Shown here in pieces: positions 19,684 through 29,738 of a DNA stretch of 64,000 nucleotides. Source of the stretch: a virus; IMG/VR virus record IMGVR_UViG_3300011113_000664, positions 1 to 64,000 of that record. One strand, given 5' to 3'. The notes beneath the pieces were generated by a model. That model was not told where the DNA came from. It worked only from the letters and a program-made list of their open reading frames with translations, and searched no databases. Position 1 is the stretch's first letter. Each line of letters starts with the position of its first letter. A program made the translations under genes and the position numbers.

Positions 19684-19899
19684 ATGTCAAAACTAATCGG
19701 TTATCAAATAGTAAGTAATGATGGTAAAAATGAATTACCTCAATGCTTTTATTCCTTTGAAGTTATTGATGATTTTTCCGTTGCTGAAAAATGGTTGATA
19801 ATGGAAAAGAAAAATTCTGAAAATGGATTATTCAGATGGGTTGTTTTACCTATCTTTGAAGGTGATGTTGAAGAACCTACATTCATTGATTCAATTTAA
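19684..19899 (+). CDS. Hypothetical early protein
   Basis: Operon position. Confidence 0.6.
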   Translation: MSKLIGYQIVSNDGKNELPQCFYSFEVIDDFSVAEKWLIMEKKNSENGLFRWVVLPIFEGDVEEPTFIDSI

Positions 19900-19911
19900 A
19901 ATAAAAACAAA

Positions 19912-20121
19912 ATGAGTACCGCTAATCTTTGTAAATGTAATAATTGTGATTCTATCTTAATTGATAATAACCCACAAATAAATGCTAAAGAATATTCATT
20001 GAAAGGTATTGAATTAGATATGCAATTCTTTGGTGGTGGTGTAAAAGATAAATATAATAAAGATGATAATTATTGGGGTTGTCCTATTTGTTTAACTGAT
20101 GAATATTTAACCGATATTTGA
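19912..20121 (+). CDS. Small zinc-ribbon protein
   Basis: CxxC (CNNC) ... CPIC. Confidence 0.65.
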   Translation: MSTANLCKCNNCDSILIDNNPQINAKEYSLKGIELDMQFFGGGVKDKYNKDDNYWGCPICLTDEYLTDI

Positions 20122-20122
20122 T

Positions 20123-20326
20123 ATGTATAGAAATGTAAATGAATTAAATCAAAACGAATTAGAAGAATTAAGAAGCAGATATTATTATCAAGCACTTGAT
20201 GATGGTTCGTTAAATGAAGTTATGGGTAAAGAAATTCATTCAGAAGAAGAAATACCTATGGACTTAATTAAAAACCATTATGCAGATTATTCTTTTGTTG
20301 TTGAAGATTTCTTTTGTAATATTTAA
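20123..20326 (+). CDS. Hypothetical early protein
   Basis: Coupled start. Confidence 0.65.
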   Translation: MYRNVNELNQNELEELRSRYYYQALDDGSLNEVMGKEIHSEEEIPMDLIKNHYADYSFVVEDFFCNI

Positions 20327-20332
20327 AATAAA

Positions 20333-20506
20333 ATGAAAAACATTAACCTTACTGAATTTGAAATTAGTTTTATAACAGAATCATTAAAGAACTATACAAA
20401 ATTAGTTCAAGATGATTTAGTAAAAACTTCTGCCCCTAAAGACTTTGTTCTTTCAAGAGTTGATAATTTAATTGAAAGAATATCATCATTACAAAAAGTA
20501 AAGTAA
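20333..20506 (+). CDS. Hypothetical protein (57 aa)
   Basis: Hand-translated MKNINLTEFEISFITESL...; TAAAATAAAATG junction. Confidence 0.6.
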   Translation: MKNINLTEFEISFITESLKNYTKLVQDDLVKTSAPKDFVLSRVDNLIERISSLQKVK

Positions 20507-20666
20507 CATCTTTGTCTTGTTTTATTTGTTTAGACCTATCGGTGATTAGTTTGCCGATAGGTTTTTTTATGCCCAATCTTGTAAAATATTATTTTATTTT
20601 TACTATTACATTCATTTTTAAGCGGTTTTCAAACTATTTATACTAAATAAATACACTTATACTTAA

Positions 20667-20975
20667 ATGAAAAGAATAGATTTAGTGAATGATATTAGAT
20701 ATATCATTTCAACATACAAGGTTCATTCCACCATTGAAGTGGATGGTACTACTATTCTTTATCTTTGTTGGAACAAATGTAAAAACCATATTCAAGTTGA
20801 AGGATTTGATACAGAAAACATCTATACCATAAAATATGTAAACTTTAAAGAAGTTACAAGTAACAAAATAATTAAATTAGAAAATTCTCCTTATAAATTA
20901 TTGAGAAAATTGCACGATTTCCTTGCATTGCACTACAAACTACCTTTGAAGAAAAGCGATGAAAAATACAATTAA
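20667..20975 (+). CDS. Hypothetical protein
   Basis: CTATTTAT at 20634. Confidence 0.6.
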   Translation: MKRIDLVNDIRYIISTYKVHSTIEVDGTTILYLCWNKCKNHIQVEGFDTENIYTIKYVNFKEVTSNKIIKLENSPYKLLRKLHDFLALHYKLPLKKSDEKYN

Positions 20976-21438
20976 AAATATAATAAAAAATATTATATTA
21001 GAAGAACTACAATCTAATTCTAAGTTATTTCAAACTATCAATAATTTGAAATATGATTTAATAAATGCTGCCCAAAAAGTGTATAACCAATGGGAACAAG
21101 ATGAAGAAGGTTATGATGAAGTTTATGGTTCGGGTGGTATATGTGATGATATTGCTGAAGCAATGTGTGATATAATTAATAACAAAACACAATATGGTTG
21201 CTTTCACCTTTATAATGAATATGATTGTCATACCTCAATCTATGTTTATGATATAAATACAAAAGAACTCTTTAATGTAGATATTCCTCCTTATGTTTAT
21301 GAAAGAGGTAATGCTTATACTTGGAAAAAAATACCTAATGTCCAATTCTCACAAAATAATATTATCATCAATAATATGTCAAGTGATTATGATGACTATA
21401 TTGATGAAAATGGTAATGTGAAAGATAATTTTTATTAA
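20959..21438 (+). CDS. Late protein with IIKNIILEE tag
   Basis: MKNTIKNIIKNIILEELQ; GGICDDIA..H motif. Confidence 0.7.
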   Translation: MKNTIKNIIKNIILEELQSNSKLFQTINNLKYDLINAAQKVYNQWEQDEEGYDEVYGSGGICDDIAEAMCDIINNKTQYGCFHLYNEYDCHTSIYVYDINTKELFNVDIPPYVYERGNAYTWKKIPNVQFSQNNIIINNMSSDYDDYIDENGNVKDNFY

Positions 21439-21439
21439 T

Positions 21440-22057
21440 ATGATTAATTTAATTAAACAAATTATAAAAGAAGAATTAGAAGATTATAAAGGTTTACATA
21501 AAGCACCAACAAAAGAGTATGGTGCATCAATGGATAATCTAAGTAACATTTATCCAAATGATATTTATTCAGATAAAGCAGTTAGATACTATGGGGATGG
21601 TTATTCTTATGATAGAATAGCAATAGCAATAATGCAAGGGGCAAAAGATAAACCAAATAAACTAATAAAGATATACAGAGCAGTTCCTGACTTTAACTAT
21701 GAAATAAAACAAAAGATAAAGGAATTGCTAAAGATAAATCAATACTATGATAAGTTTAATTTCTTACCCATTAATAATAATATTGTAAATAATTTAAAAG
21801 ATAAATACCCAATAGATAAATATTCATTTGACAAGCAAACTCAAATGATACTACAAGATGTATTCAATCAAGTAAATGAATTAAAAAATAAAATCAATAA
21901 TAATAAGATAGGTATTAATAGCGGTGATTGGGTTACTATAACTCCTTTGTATGCTAAAGAACATGGACAAGCACATTTAAGTAATAAATATAAAATAGTT
22001 TCTAAAGTGGTTAATGCTTCCACACTTTATACGGATGGTAATTCAATTCACGAATGA
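21440..22057 (+). CDS. Late protein with IIKEE tag; domain of the type found in polyvalent proteins
   Basis: MINLIKQIIKEELE; IYRAVP..INSGDWVT..YAKEHG..DGNSIHE; TGA stop followed in frame by GYNP-TAA (22072). Confidence 0.7.
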   Translation: MINLIKQIIKEELEDYKGLHKAPTKEYGASMDNLSNIYPNDIYSDKAVRYYGDGYSYDRIAIAIMQGAKDKPNKLIKIYRAVPDFNYEIKQKIKELLKINQYYDKFNFLPINNNIVNNLKDKYPIDKYSFDKQTQMILQDVFNQVNELKNKINNNKIGINSGDWVTITPLYAKEHGQAHLSNKYKIVSKVVNASTLYTDGNSIHE

Positions 22058-22089
22058 GGATATAATCCTTAATACTAAAAAATAATACT

Positions 22090-22302
22090 ATGAAAACTCT
22101 TTTACTTTTAACTCTATTATCTGTAAACAATCCTATATCTGTAAACAACCTTAAAGATACTACTACAACTTGTATTAAAAAGAAATCTTGTTGTAAACAT
22201 AAACTAAATGATTCTTTTAAATATTGTGTAGGTCTTATTAGTAATGATACTACTAAAACAGAAAAAAAACACACTAACAAAAACAAAAAGAATATAAAAT
22301 AA
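22090..22302 (+). CDS. Small hypothetical protein with signal-like N-terminus
   Basis: MKTLLLLTLLS... Confidence 0.4.
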   Translation: MKTLLLLTLLSVNNPISVNNLKDTTTTCIKKKSCCKHKLNDSFKYCVGLISNDTTKTEKKHTNKNKKNIK

Positions 22303-22330
22303 TATCTTATTTATAAGAAATATATCTGTT

Positions 22331-22375
22331 TTGGAGCATTGTGGGGGAAAGTGGGAAGGTGTGGTAAATAATGGG
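22331..22375 (+). promoter_or_regulatory. MraZ-box-like array (nTGG at exact 10 bp period)
   Basis: TTGGA 22331, GTGGG 22341, GTGGG 22351, GTGGT 22361, ATGGG 22371. Confidence 0.5.
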
Positions 22376-22527
22376 GAAATAATGCTTGATTTATAGTAAT
22401 ATAGATGCTTTTATAAGTTCTATTATAAAAGGTTTATTTACAACAAGTTAGTGAGATTGATTGTCAATGAGTTATAGATGAAGTCATTGAAGATGATGTA
22501 AGTGATTGATATGATGGGTTTTAGGAT

Positions 22528-22905
22528 GACATTGTTTGGGTTTATTGTAAGCCACACATTTTCTAAAAAGAAAGCGACAATGCAATTTTTTTTCCAATCC
22601 TATCAATTATAAATAGTACATTTTATTTAAAGTGATTAAAAAAACATTCTTTTTTACATTATTTTTTTCTAATATTTAACATTGTTTAACATTTCCAATT
22701 ACATTGTTTCTAAAATGTGTATTTCTTGCTAACAATGTTCTAATACACAATGTTTTAACACACATTGTTTGTCAACAATGACAATGTTATCAAATTGTTA
22801 ATTTTTTGTTAACAATGTTTTATCTAAATAATACATTGTTTTAAAATAAAAAAAGGTCAACATTGTTTGTTGACCCTATATTGTTTAGAAAGACAATGTT
22901 TCTGT
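22528..22905. repeat. Cluster of ACATTGT/ACAATGT motifs in both orientations
   Basis: More than a dozen copies in a 600 bp non-coding gap. Confidence 0.8.
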
Positions 22906-22906
22906 T

Positions 22907-23332
22907 TTACTTTAAGAATCTAAGTTTGTACAATGTAGAATTAATCAATGCAGTTATTTCATCCAACTGATTTTGAATGTAAGTATCTTTGACAATACTA
23001 TAAACTGATGCAACATCATTTAACAATGTTTTAAAATAAACAATACATTGTTCTGTGGATTGATATTCTTCAGTAGAGAATGATTTCCATCCCGTAATGA
23101 TTCCAAATTTACCTTGATAGGATTCTACAAGTGAATCTACAATATCACCAATGGCATCATAATAATCTTGCAATGCTTTATGTTCAGCAAATGATTTTGT
23201 TTGAAGGTGAAAGATGTGAACTTGTCTTTGTGAATCAAGTAGTTTTGAAACCAATGACACAAAATTTATTTTAGATTCTTTTTGTTGTTTGATTTCTTCA
23301 AAGAGTTTTTCTTTAAGGGATTGTGATTCCAT
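22907..23332 (-). CDS. Ferritin/Dps-like four-helix protein
   Basis: Start reassigned to ATG 23332 (MESQSLKE); HIFHLQTKSFAEHKALQDYYD..D.LVESYQG..DEI..YKL; CTACTTAT upstream. Confidence 0.75.
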   Translation of the reverse strand: MESQSLKEKLFEEIKQQKESKINFVSLVSKLLDSQRQVHIFHLQTKSFAEHKALQDYYDAIGDIVDSLVESYQGKFGIITGWKSFSTEEYQSTEQCIVYFKTLLNDVASVYSIVKDTYIQNQLDEITALINSTLYKLRFLK

Positions 23333-23421
23333 AGATATATGTTTTCTATAAGTAGTAATTTTAAAAAAAATTATTTTAAAATGTTTTGTAAGATTGTTAT
23401 CTTGGTTTGATATATTAGGGT

Positions 23422-23634
23422 ATGAAATACAAGAAAGTAAAAAGTTTAACTGATATTGTTGCTGACCCACGAATTGAGAATTTCATTCGTGATTATGATG
23501 GTTATGGCAGACACATGGTAATGTGTAAAGATGGTTACCGATTTGAGAGTTGTAGCAGTACCATTGAGATTGGTAATATGAAAGAAATCTGCTATGAGAT
23601 AAATGAAAGGTTATATCAAGATTTGCAAAAATAA
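23422..23634 (+). CDS. Hypothetical early protein (leaderless)
   Basis: ATG at +1 of promoter 23387. Confidence 0.7.
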   Translation: MKYKKVKSLTDIVADPRIENFIRDYDGYGRHMVMCKDGYRFESCSSTIEIGNMKEICYEINERLYQDLQK

Positions 23635-23690
23635 TTTGTAAGATTTGGTAAGTGGTTTGATATATTAAGGTACAACAAACAAAATATGTT

Positions 23691-23984
23691 ATGAAAGAGA
23701 TTACTTACGAATGGTGCTACGAAATTGTGGATAAACACAATGACATTATTGATTCCCATTTTGCCGAAAGGTTGGCTGATTTAGGTCATCTTCATTATTG
23801 GGTTGAAAATAATGAAAGAATGGATGTATGTCTTGTCAGGTATGAATATACCAATAATATGGAAACTGACAGACATTGGGCATACATTAAGGATGGTATT
23901 TTATCTGATACCTTTAATGATGCTTATGGCAATCCTATCCATAAAGTACCTAAGAAATTTCATAAGGAACTGATTATTCATTAG
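23691..23984 (+). CDS. Hypothetical early protein
   Basis: Promoter 23637. Confidence 0.7.
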   Translation: MKEITYEWCYEIVDKHNDIIDSHFAERLADLGHLHYWVENNERMDVCLVRYEYTNNMETDRHWAYIKDGILSDTFNDAYGNPIHKVPKKFHKELIIH

Positions 23985-24094
23985 TTGTTTGAAAACCCCA
24001 TTGGTCTTACTGATGGGGTTTTTTTATTTTAAAATAATTTGTAAGATTTTATTCTTAGTTTGATATATTATAGTACAACAAAAAAATAAACAAT

Positions 24095-24304
24095 ATGAGA
24101 GTATCAAGTTTTGAACCGAATTGCGGAGAGTATTATGAGTTTTATGATTTGCGTGAAGCAAAGCGTGAAGCAAAGAAGTTTGCCAAAGAACTTAATAGAG
24201 AAATCTACCTTACACAGGTAATGAAGCCAAGCTATGCAATGAATTGGTTTATTGTATTTCCCGATGGCAAAGTAATTTGTACGGATAGGAATTTAAGACT
24301 TTAA
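24095..24304 (+). CDS. Hypothetical early protein
   Basis: Promoter 24040. Confidence 0.7.
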   Translation: MRVSSFEPNCGEYYEFYDLREAKREAKKFAKELNREIYLTQVMKPSYAMNWFIVFPDGKVICTDRNLRL

Positions 24305-24428
24305 AGAATATACACTTAGGTTTCAACTTGAAAACCCCATTGGTCTTACTGATGGGGTTTTTTTATTTTATTTTGTAAGATTTGATTATTCATTTGATAT
24401 ATTAAGGTATAACAAACAAAAAAAAGAT

Positions 24429-24629
24429 ATGGAAAGACAAGTTATTAAAGTAAAAGAAATCAAGAAGGGTGATAGGATTTTCCCTCAAGAAAATGGGTCT
24501 TGTAAATATATGGCTCATTCGGATTGTTACTATGATAATAGTGCAGGTGTATGGCGCATTGATATAGGTGATGGTTACACCTATGGGTTTACTGATAATG
24601 GAGAAAATGAAATAACAATTTTAAAATAA
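24429..24629 (+). CDS. Hypothetical early protein
   Basis: Promoter 24374. Confidence 0.7.
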   Translation: MERQVIKVKEIKKGDRIFPQENGSCKYMAHSDCYYDNSAGVWRIDIGDGYTYGFTDNGENEITILK

Positions 24630-24679
24630 TTTGTAAGATTTGATTTGTCGTTTGATATATTAAGGTATAACAAAAACAA

Positions 24680-24895
24680 ATGAGAGTAACAAATTATTAC
24701 GGAAATGTGCAGACTTGTGTGGTTTGCAAATCCGAAGAGATTGAAAGGTATTTTGTTTATACACCGCCTTTTGCTGATGCAATCAATAGCAGATGGGTTT
24801 GTGGCTGCAAAGACCATACAGAAGAAGCGCACAAAGAATATTTGAAAGCAACTTCACAAAGAATAGAAACTTTAATAATGAGTAGTGGGTCTTAA
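24680..24895 (+). CDS. Small putative zinc-binding protein
   Basis: Promoter 24632; CVVC...CGCKDH. Confidence 0.7.
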   Translation: MRVTNYYGNVQTCVVCKSEEIERYFVYTPPFADAINSRWVCGCKDHTEEAHKEYLKATSQRIETLIMSSGS

Positions 24896-24906
24896 ATTAA
24901 AATAGT

Positions 24907-25161
24907 ATGGAAGTAAAAGTAGTAAACACAGATGTAATCAGTACCTTAGTCATAATTGGTATTGATGTATGTATCACAAAGGATGGTATTGACCATGACC
25001 TTGAACTTAATGTTAGGTATGATAGTATGCCTAATATGGGAACAACGGAAATAGAATGGGATATTGTCGATGGTGATGATGAATTTCTTGATGATGATTT
25101 AAGAAACGAACTTGATGATTTTATTCAAGACTATGTTTCGCAAAACATTGGCAGGATGTAA
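24907..25161 (+). CDS. Acidic hypothetical early protein
   Basis: Asp/Glu-rich; followed by a terminator. Confidence 0.65.
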   Translation: MEVKVVNTDVISTLVIIGIDVCITKDGIDHDLELNVRYDSMPNMGTTEIEWDIVDGDDEFLDDDLRNELDDFIQDYVSQNIGRM

Positions 25162-25248
25162 AATTGTGGGAGTAGAAATACTCCCATTTTTTTTGTAAGA
25201 TTTGAAAGGTCATTTGATATATTATAGTACAACAAAACAAAACAAGTT

Positions 25249-25473
25249 ATGGTAGTAATCAATGCTTATGCCTTTGATAAAAATTCCTCTGCTCTTTGTG
25301 GGGAACAAATCACGGCAGAAACTAAGGAAGAGTTTAATGCTAAGATGAAGGAGTTTGAGGATTCCATTCCGTTCAGAAAGTATTATACGGAATTACTTTT
25401 TGATGCTGATGAACTTACAGAAGAGCAACAAAGTATCGTTGAAGATTATGAAGTTGTGAGTAAATTTTTTTAA
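25249..25473 (+). CDS. Hypothetical early protein
   Basis: Promoter 25194. Confidence 0.7.
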   Translation: MVVINAYAFDKNSSALCGEQITAETKEEFNAKMKEFEDSIPFRKYYTELLFDADELTEEQQSIVEDYEVVSKFF

Positions 25474-25546
25474 AATATTTTGTAAGATTTGAAAGGTCAT
25501 TTGATATATTATAGTACAAGTTAAATAAATAAGTTTTCTACAAATT

Positions 25547-25975
25547 ATGGCAAAGTCCAATTTAAAAGAGAGTGTAGTGTCGGGAGAGGCAACTACACCA
25601 CAGACCGAGGTTATCGTTAATGACTTCGTGGTTGAGCAGTATGATGATAGCATTCGCCCATCTCGTATTGTTAATAAGAAGGGTTCTCGCCCTCTTAGTC
25701 CAAGTGTTCAGGTTGTGTTTGACCGAGTTACATCTGCTATTGATTATGCAATCGCAAATGGTGGTAAGGCACAGATTTCGTTTGCCCATGAGAATTTTCC
25801 CCTAAAAGGAAGGTTTGCAAACAAGGACATTACCAATGCACTTGTATCGGGTAAGCGCAAGTTCAACAACATTTCATTCCAACTGATTGTGGATGCAGTC
25901 AATCGGGATGGTGTTAGACTGAACGCATCGGTTGTTCGTGTAAAGCTGAAAGAAGAAACTTCTTCTGAAGCCTAA
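25547..25975 (+). CDS. Hypothetical early protein
   Basis: Promoter 25481; terminator at 25983. Confidence 0.75.
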   Translation: MAKSNLKESVVSGEATTPQTEVIVNDFVVEQYDDSIRPSRIVNKKGSRPLSPSVQVVFDRVTSAIDYAIANGGKAQISFAHENFPLKGRFANKDITNALVSGKRKFNNISFQLIVDAVNRDGVRLNASVVRVKLKEETSSEA

Positions 25976-26079
25976 TAAATTAAGGGGAGCAGAAATGTTC
26001 CCCTTTTTTTTATTTAATTTCTTTGTAAGATTTTATTTCTTATTTGATATATTAAGGTACAACAAAACAATAAAATAAA

Positions 26080-26457
26080 ATGAAAAGAATTGCATTCACA
26101 CATTCGGCTCTTTACAACGAAGAAACAGAAGAGCAAATCATTCTTCACCTCCCATCAATGAGGGTTGTTTGCCCTACTTGTAATGGGTATGGTAATCATT
26201 TCCGTAAAGACCTTGATGAGAATGCTCTTATCAGAGAAATGCATGAAGAAGGAGATACAGAAGGTTTTCAAATGTATAGAGCAGGTTACTTTAATCAAAT
26301 CTGTACCCAATGTCATGGTGAAAAAGTAATTGACCAAATTGATTGGGAATACTTTCATTCTGAATACCCAAAGGAAGCCAAAGCAGTTTCAGAATATAAT
26401 CAGCAAGTAAGGCAATGGGAAGAAGAAAGCGAATGGGAACGAAGAATGGGAGCATAA
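26080..26457 (+). CDS. DnaJ-type zinc-finger motif protein
   Basis: CPTCNGYG and CTQCHGEK; promoter 26024. Confidence 0.7.
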   Translation: MKRIAFTHSALYNEETEEQIILHLPSMRVVCPTCNGYGNHFRKDLDENALIREMHEEGDTEGFQMYRAGYFNQICTQCHGEKVIDQIDWEYFHSEYPKEAKAVSEYNQQVRQWEEESEWERRMGA

Positions 26458-26468
26458 AATAAAATAAA

Positions 26469-26750
26469 ATGAAAACTTATAGGATAAATTATAACGATTT
26501 AACTGATTCACAAATCAAAGAGATTTATTTTGCATTTAAATTTTGTCGTGAGAATTTTGAATATGACGAACAAACTGAAATTTATGAATTCTTAAAAAGA
26601 AAATTAAATTTCTTGGGTGAAGACTTTCTTAATTCATTGGATGAAATTCACAATGATAAGGCATCATACAATAATGTCTATACCTCAATTGATTTTACAA
26701 GACTTAATTTATATCCCGAAATGGCAGAAAGATTTTCTAAATCTTTGTAA
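26469..26750 (+). CDS. Hypothetical early protein
   Basis: A-rich start context. Confidence 0.65.
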   Translation: MKTYRINYNDLTDSQIKEIYFAFKFCRENFEYDEQTEIYEFLKRKLNFLGEDFLNSLDEIHNDKASYNNVYTSIDFTRLNLYPEMAERFSKSL

Positions 26751-26802
26751 GATTCAAACAATGATTTGATATATTATAGTATAACAAAAAAAACAAATAC
26801 TT

Positions 26803-27297
26803 ATGCACAATTTACATTTAGTTAGAGTTAAAGCCAATTCAGGTGAAGAGGCTTGTAAAGAAGTTGAATCCGCAATAATGGATTTCGGCAATGAAAATAA
26901 TTGGCGATGTCTTTGCGGTGCTGTATCAGAAGATAATGAGGTCTATGATGCAGGTGAAGGTAGATACCGACCTGCGGAAAATGAATTAACTTCAATTCAG
27001 AAAATCAATGAAGCAGTCAATCGTTGGATTGGTGATTGCTTTTATGGTTCGGTTGCCAAAGAGAAATTAAATAAAAACGAAACTGATTTGAATGAATGGA
27101 ATGCTCACGAACTTTGGAGTTTATCCAAGTATGCTGAACATTTATCTGAAGCAGTTGAATACAAAGAAAAGTCATTCGATGTATTGAAAGATATATTCTT
27201 TTCGTATAAATACGATGAATGCGGTGTAACTGATTTGGAGTGGTCAATCGGTGATGGAGATAAGTATTGGATTGTCCTTGTTGATATGCATAGTTGA
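26803..27297 (+). CDS. Hypothetical early protein
   Basis: Promoter 26746; C-terminal VLVDMHS. Confidence 0.75.
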   Translation: MHNLHLVRVKANSGEEACKEVESAIMDFGNENNWRCLCGAVSEDNEVYDAGEGRYRPAENELTSIQKINEAVNRWIGDCFYGSVAKEKLNKNETDLNEWNAHELWSLSKYAEHLSEAVEYKEKSFDVLKDIFFSYKYDECGVTDLEWSIGDGDKYWIVLVDMHS

Positions 27298-27413
27298 TAA
27301 AGATTTGGATTATTAGTTGTGAACAATGATTGAAAAGTCCTCCCAAATTTTGGGGGGATTTTTTTGTAAGATTCAAACAATGATTTGATATATTATAGTA
27401 TAACAAAAACAAT

Positions 27414-27701
27414 ATGAACGCACACATTTTAATTACTTCTGAATATGGCTTTGACCATAATTGGACATTGGTTGTATCAACCAAAACAAAAACAAAATCA
27501 TTTTACTTAGGACAGGATGTAAAATTCTGTAACAGAGTATTGGGAATGACACCTGCCTACATTGTTTCTCAAATTGGTACAGGTTTGATTGGTGAAGGGG
27601 AAAAGGGAAATACATTGTTGGCTAAATTCATTTGCCAAACATTGGGTTTGAATGGTAGAAACATTGATAAGATTGAAAGTTGGGGATTGTGTTGTCAGTA
27701 A
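27414..27701 (+). CDS. Hypothetical early protein
   Basis: Promoter 27365; paralog of 31184..31495. Confidence 0.7.
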   Translation: MNAHILITSEYGFDHNWTLVVSTKTKTKSFYLGQDVKFCNRVLGMTPAYIVSQIGTGLIGEGEKGNTLLAKFICQTLGLNGRNIDKIESWGLCCQ

Positions 27702-27713
27702 AATTAAAATAAA

Positions 27714-28226
27714 ATGGGAGATAATAGTAACATTCTTGTAAATATTCATAATTTTAAAACATTCTTATCAAGATTCTACAAAGTGGATTTTGGTAAAATT
27801 AAGTTTATTAAATTCAATGACAATCATAACAGAAATCTGTATAGCAAATACAATTCCATTTCAGATTCAATGGAGAATGAATATCTTGTTGGTGTAAAAA
27901 TTAAAACCAATAATGTTGATTTAATTTTATTTGATGATTTTAATAACACCATTGTTGATGATATGAATACATCTTATGGACAATGTATTGGTAACTTTGT
28001 TGTAAACAAAAAAATCAAACCAAGTGATTATACATTGTTTCTAATCATCAATGAATGTGATAATGTTGTTGATAATGTTAATGTGTTAATAACACAATCA
28101 TTTAAAAACTTTCTAAAACAAGTAAACAAAAACATTCACCTTGATTTGCTTTCTGTTGATAAAAATATTGCCTATCTAAACCATTCCTACTTTGGCAATA
28201 TTGAAAATTGTTTTACTTTAAATTGA
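27714..28226 (+). CDS. Hypothetical early protein
   Basis: TAAAATAAAATG start. Confidence 0.65.
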   Translation: MGDNSNILVNIHNFKTFLSRFYKVDFGKIKFIKFNDNHNRNLYSKYNSISDSMENEYLVGVKIKTNNVDLILFDDFNNTIVDDMNTSYGQCIGNFVVNKKIKPSDYTLFLIINECDNVVDNVNVLITQSFKNFLKQVNKNIHLDLLSVDKNIAYLNHSYFGNIENCFTLN

Positions 28227-28334
28227 GTGTTTATTTGTTGTTTGTTGTTGTCAGAATCCCCATTCAGAAATGATGGGGATTTTTTATTTTAAAATAAATT
28301 GTAAGATTTTATTCTTAGTTTGATATATTAAGGC

Positions 28335-28619
28335 ATGACACACAAAACAGCAAGCGAAGTAGCATCGGTGATGACTGACTTCGTAAACAACTTCGGTTGT
28401 GATAAACAAGGATTTTTAGAAGCAATGGGTAGAGAGCATCGAACCTTGCAACAATCTTTTACAAGACTTTGTTTAAGGTGGATTGAGTATGTTGCATCTG
28501 ATGAATACCGCTTTGATGGTCGCAATCAATATTCTCACACTACTTGCAAACAAATGGTGGAATTGTTCAAAAAGGAGAATGATAATTTCTTTCCCTCTGA
28601 TTATCTTCCACTTATTTAA
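28335..28619 (+). CDS. Hypothetical early protein (leaderless)
   Basis: ATG at +1 of promoter 28300; HRTLQQSF..DGRN. Confidence 0.75.
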   Translation: MTHKTASEVASVMTDFVNNFGCDKQGFLEAMGREHRTLQQSFTRLCLRWIEYVASDEYRFDGRNQYSHTTCKQMVELFKKENDNFFPSDYLPLI

Positions 28620-28686
28620 TTTAAAATAATTTGTAAGATATGACAACTCGTTTGATATATTATCGTGTAACAAATTTTAAAACAAA

Positions 28687-29076
28687 ATGACAAAACAAGA
28701 AGTAATCGTAAAGGTGCAAGATTCGCTTGGAAGCCTCTTCACCAAAGATGATGTTGTAAACTGCCTTAATTTGGTTTCGGAAGAACCAAAGGTAGAAAAG
28801 CAATCTACGGATTCTGATAAGCTAATCCAAAGGATTAAGGATGGCCTCACCAAAGTAATGGATGAAATTGATTTCAATGATTCCGATAACTTTGAAATTG
28901 ATAATTTAGAATTTTCAATTGGCTATGGTAATACCATTGAATTGGATTCTTATGAGGTTTATGCCAATCAACTCAAAGACCTCGTGAGAGCTGAAATCAG
29001 AGATTTCCTTTCCACACTTAGGGAAGAAATCCAAGAAGAACAAGAGATTGTTGAAGAACATTCTGAAAGCAACTAA
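28687..29076 (+). CDS. Acidic hypothetical early protein
   Basis: Promoter 28632. Confidence 0.7.
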   Translation: MTKQEVIVKVQDSLGSLFTKDDVVNCLNLVSEEPKVEKQSTDSDKLIQRIKDGLTKVMDEIDFNDSDNFEIDNLEFSIGYGNTIELDSYEVYANQLKDLVRAEIRDFLSTLREEIQEEQEIVEEHSESN

Positions 29077-29159
29077 CTCAAAATCAAGGGAGGAAGAAAT
29101 TTCTCCCTTTTTTTTATTTATTTTTGTAAGATTAGGTAACTCGTTTGATATATTTGGGT

Positions 29160-29651
29160 ATGGAAACTACACTTCAAGTGCCAAGTGGCTTGTCGGGAGT
29201 GGCAAGTCGCTTTTTTAGCTGCAAAGGTCAATTCCTTTCAGCAGAGTTCATTTCTGATGTGAAGCCATCATCGGCTTTCAAAGGAAAAAAACTGACCAAA
29301 CATACCAAGGGTGTGTTTAGGGCAGGGGTAAATTATTCAAACCTCAAACCTGTTTTAGAAGGTATTGCAGAGGGAACAAGGGGTGAGGTTGGTTCACTAC
29401 CTTGGGGTAGGTGGGAACATTTCCCATATACCATTTTGCATACTCCCAAAAACGAAACGGAGGAGCAAAGGTACATTCGGCTTTATCCAACGGATAACTG
29501 CAAAATTGAGTACACCTTTTTTGTGGATGGTATTTCAGTTTCGGAAGAAACATTCAAAAAATACCTTACTCCATCGGATGCTGAAAAACTGACTAAGCAA
29601 TCTATGGTGGTTTGCCCCAAAGAAAGCAATATCATTAAGATTGGTGAGTAA
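29160..29651 (+). CDS. Hypothetical early protein (leaderless)
   Basis: Start reassigned to ATG 29160, +1 of promoter 29125; LPWG.WE..PY...H....Y.RLYP. Confidence 0.75.
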   Translation: METTLQVPSGLSGVASRFFSCKGQFLSAEFISDVKPSSAFKGKKLTKHTKGVFRAGVNYSNLKPVLEGIAEGTRGEVGSLPWGRWEHFPYTILHTPKNETEEQRYIRLYPTDNCKIEYTFFVDGISVSEETFKKYLTPSDAEKLTKQSMVVCPKESNIIKIGE

Positions 29652-29738
29652 GTGATTGAAAATCAAGGGAGGAAGAAATTTCTCCCTTTTTTTTAAAATA
29701 AATTGTAAGATATGGTTAGTGGTTTGATATATTAAGGT

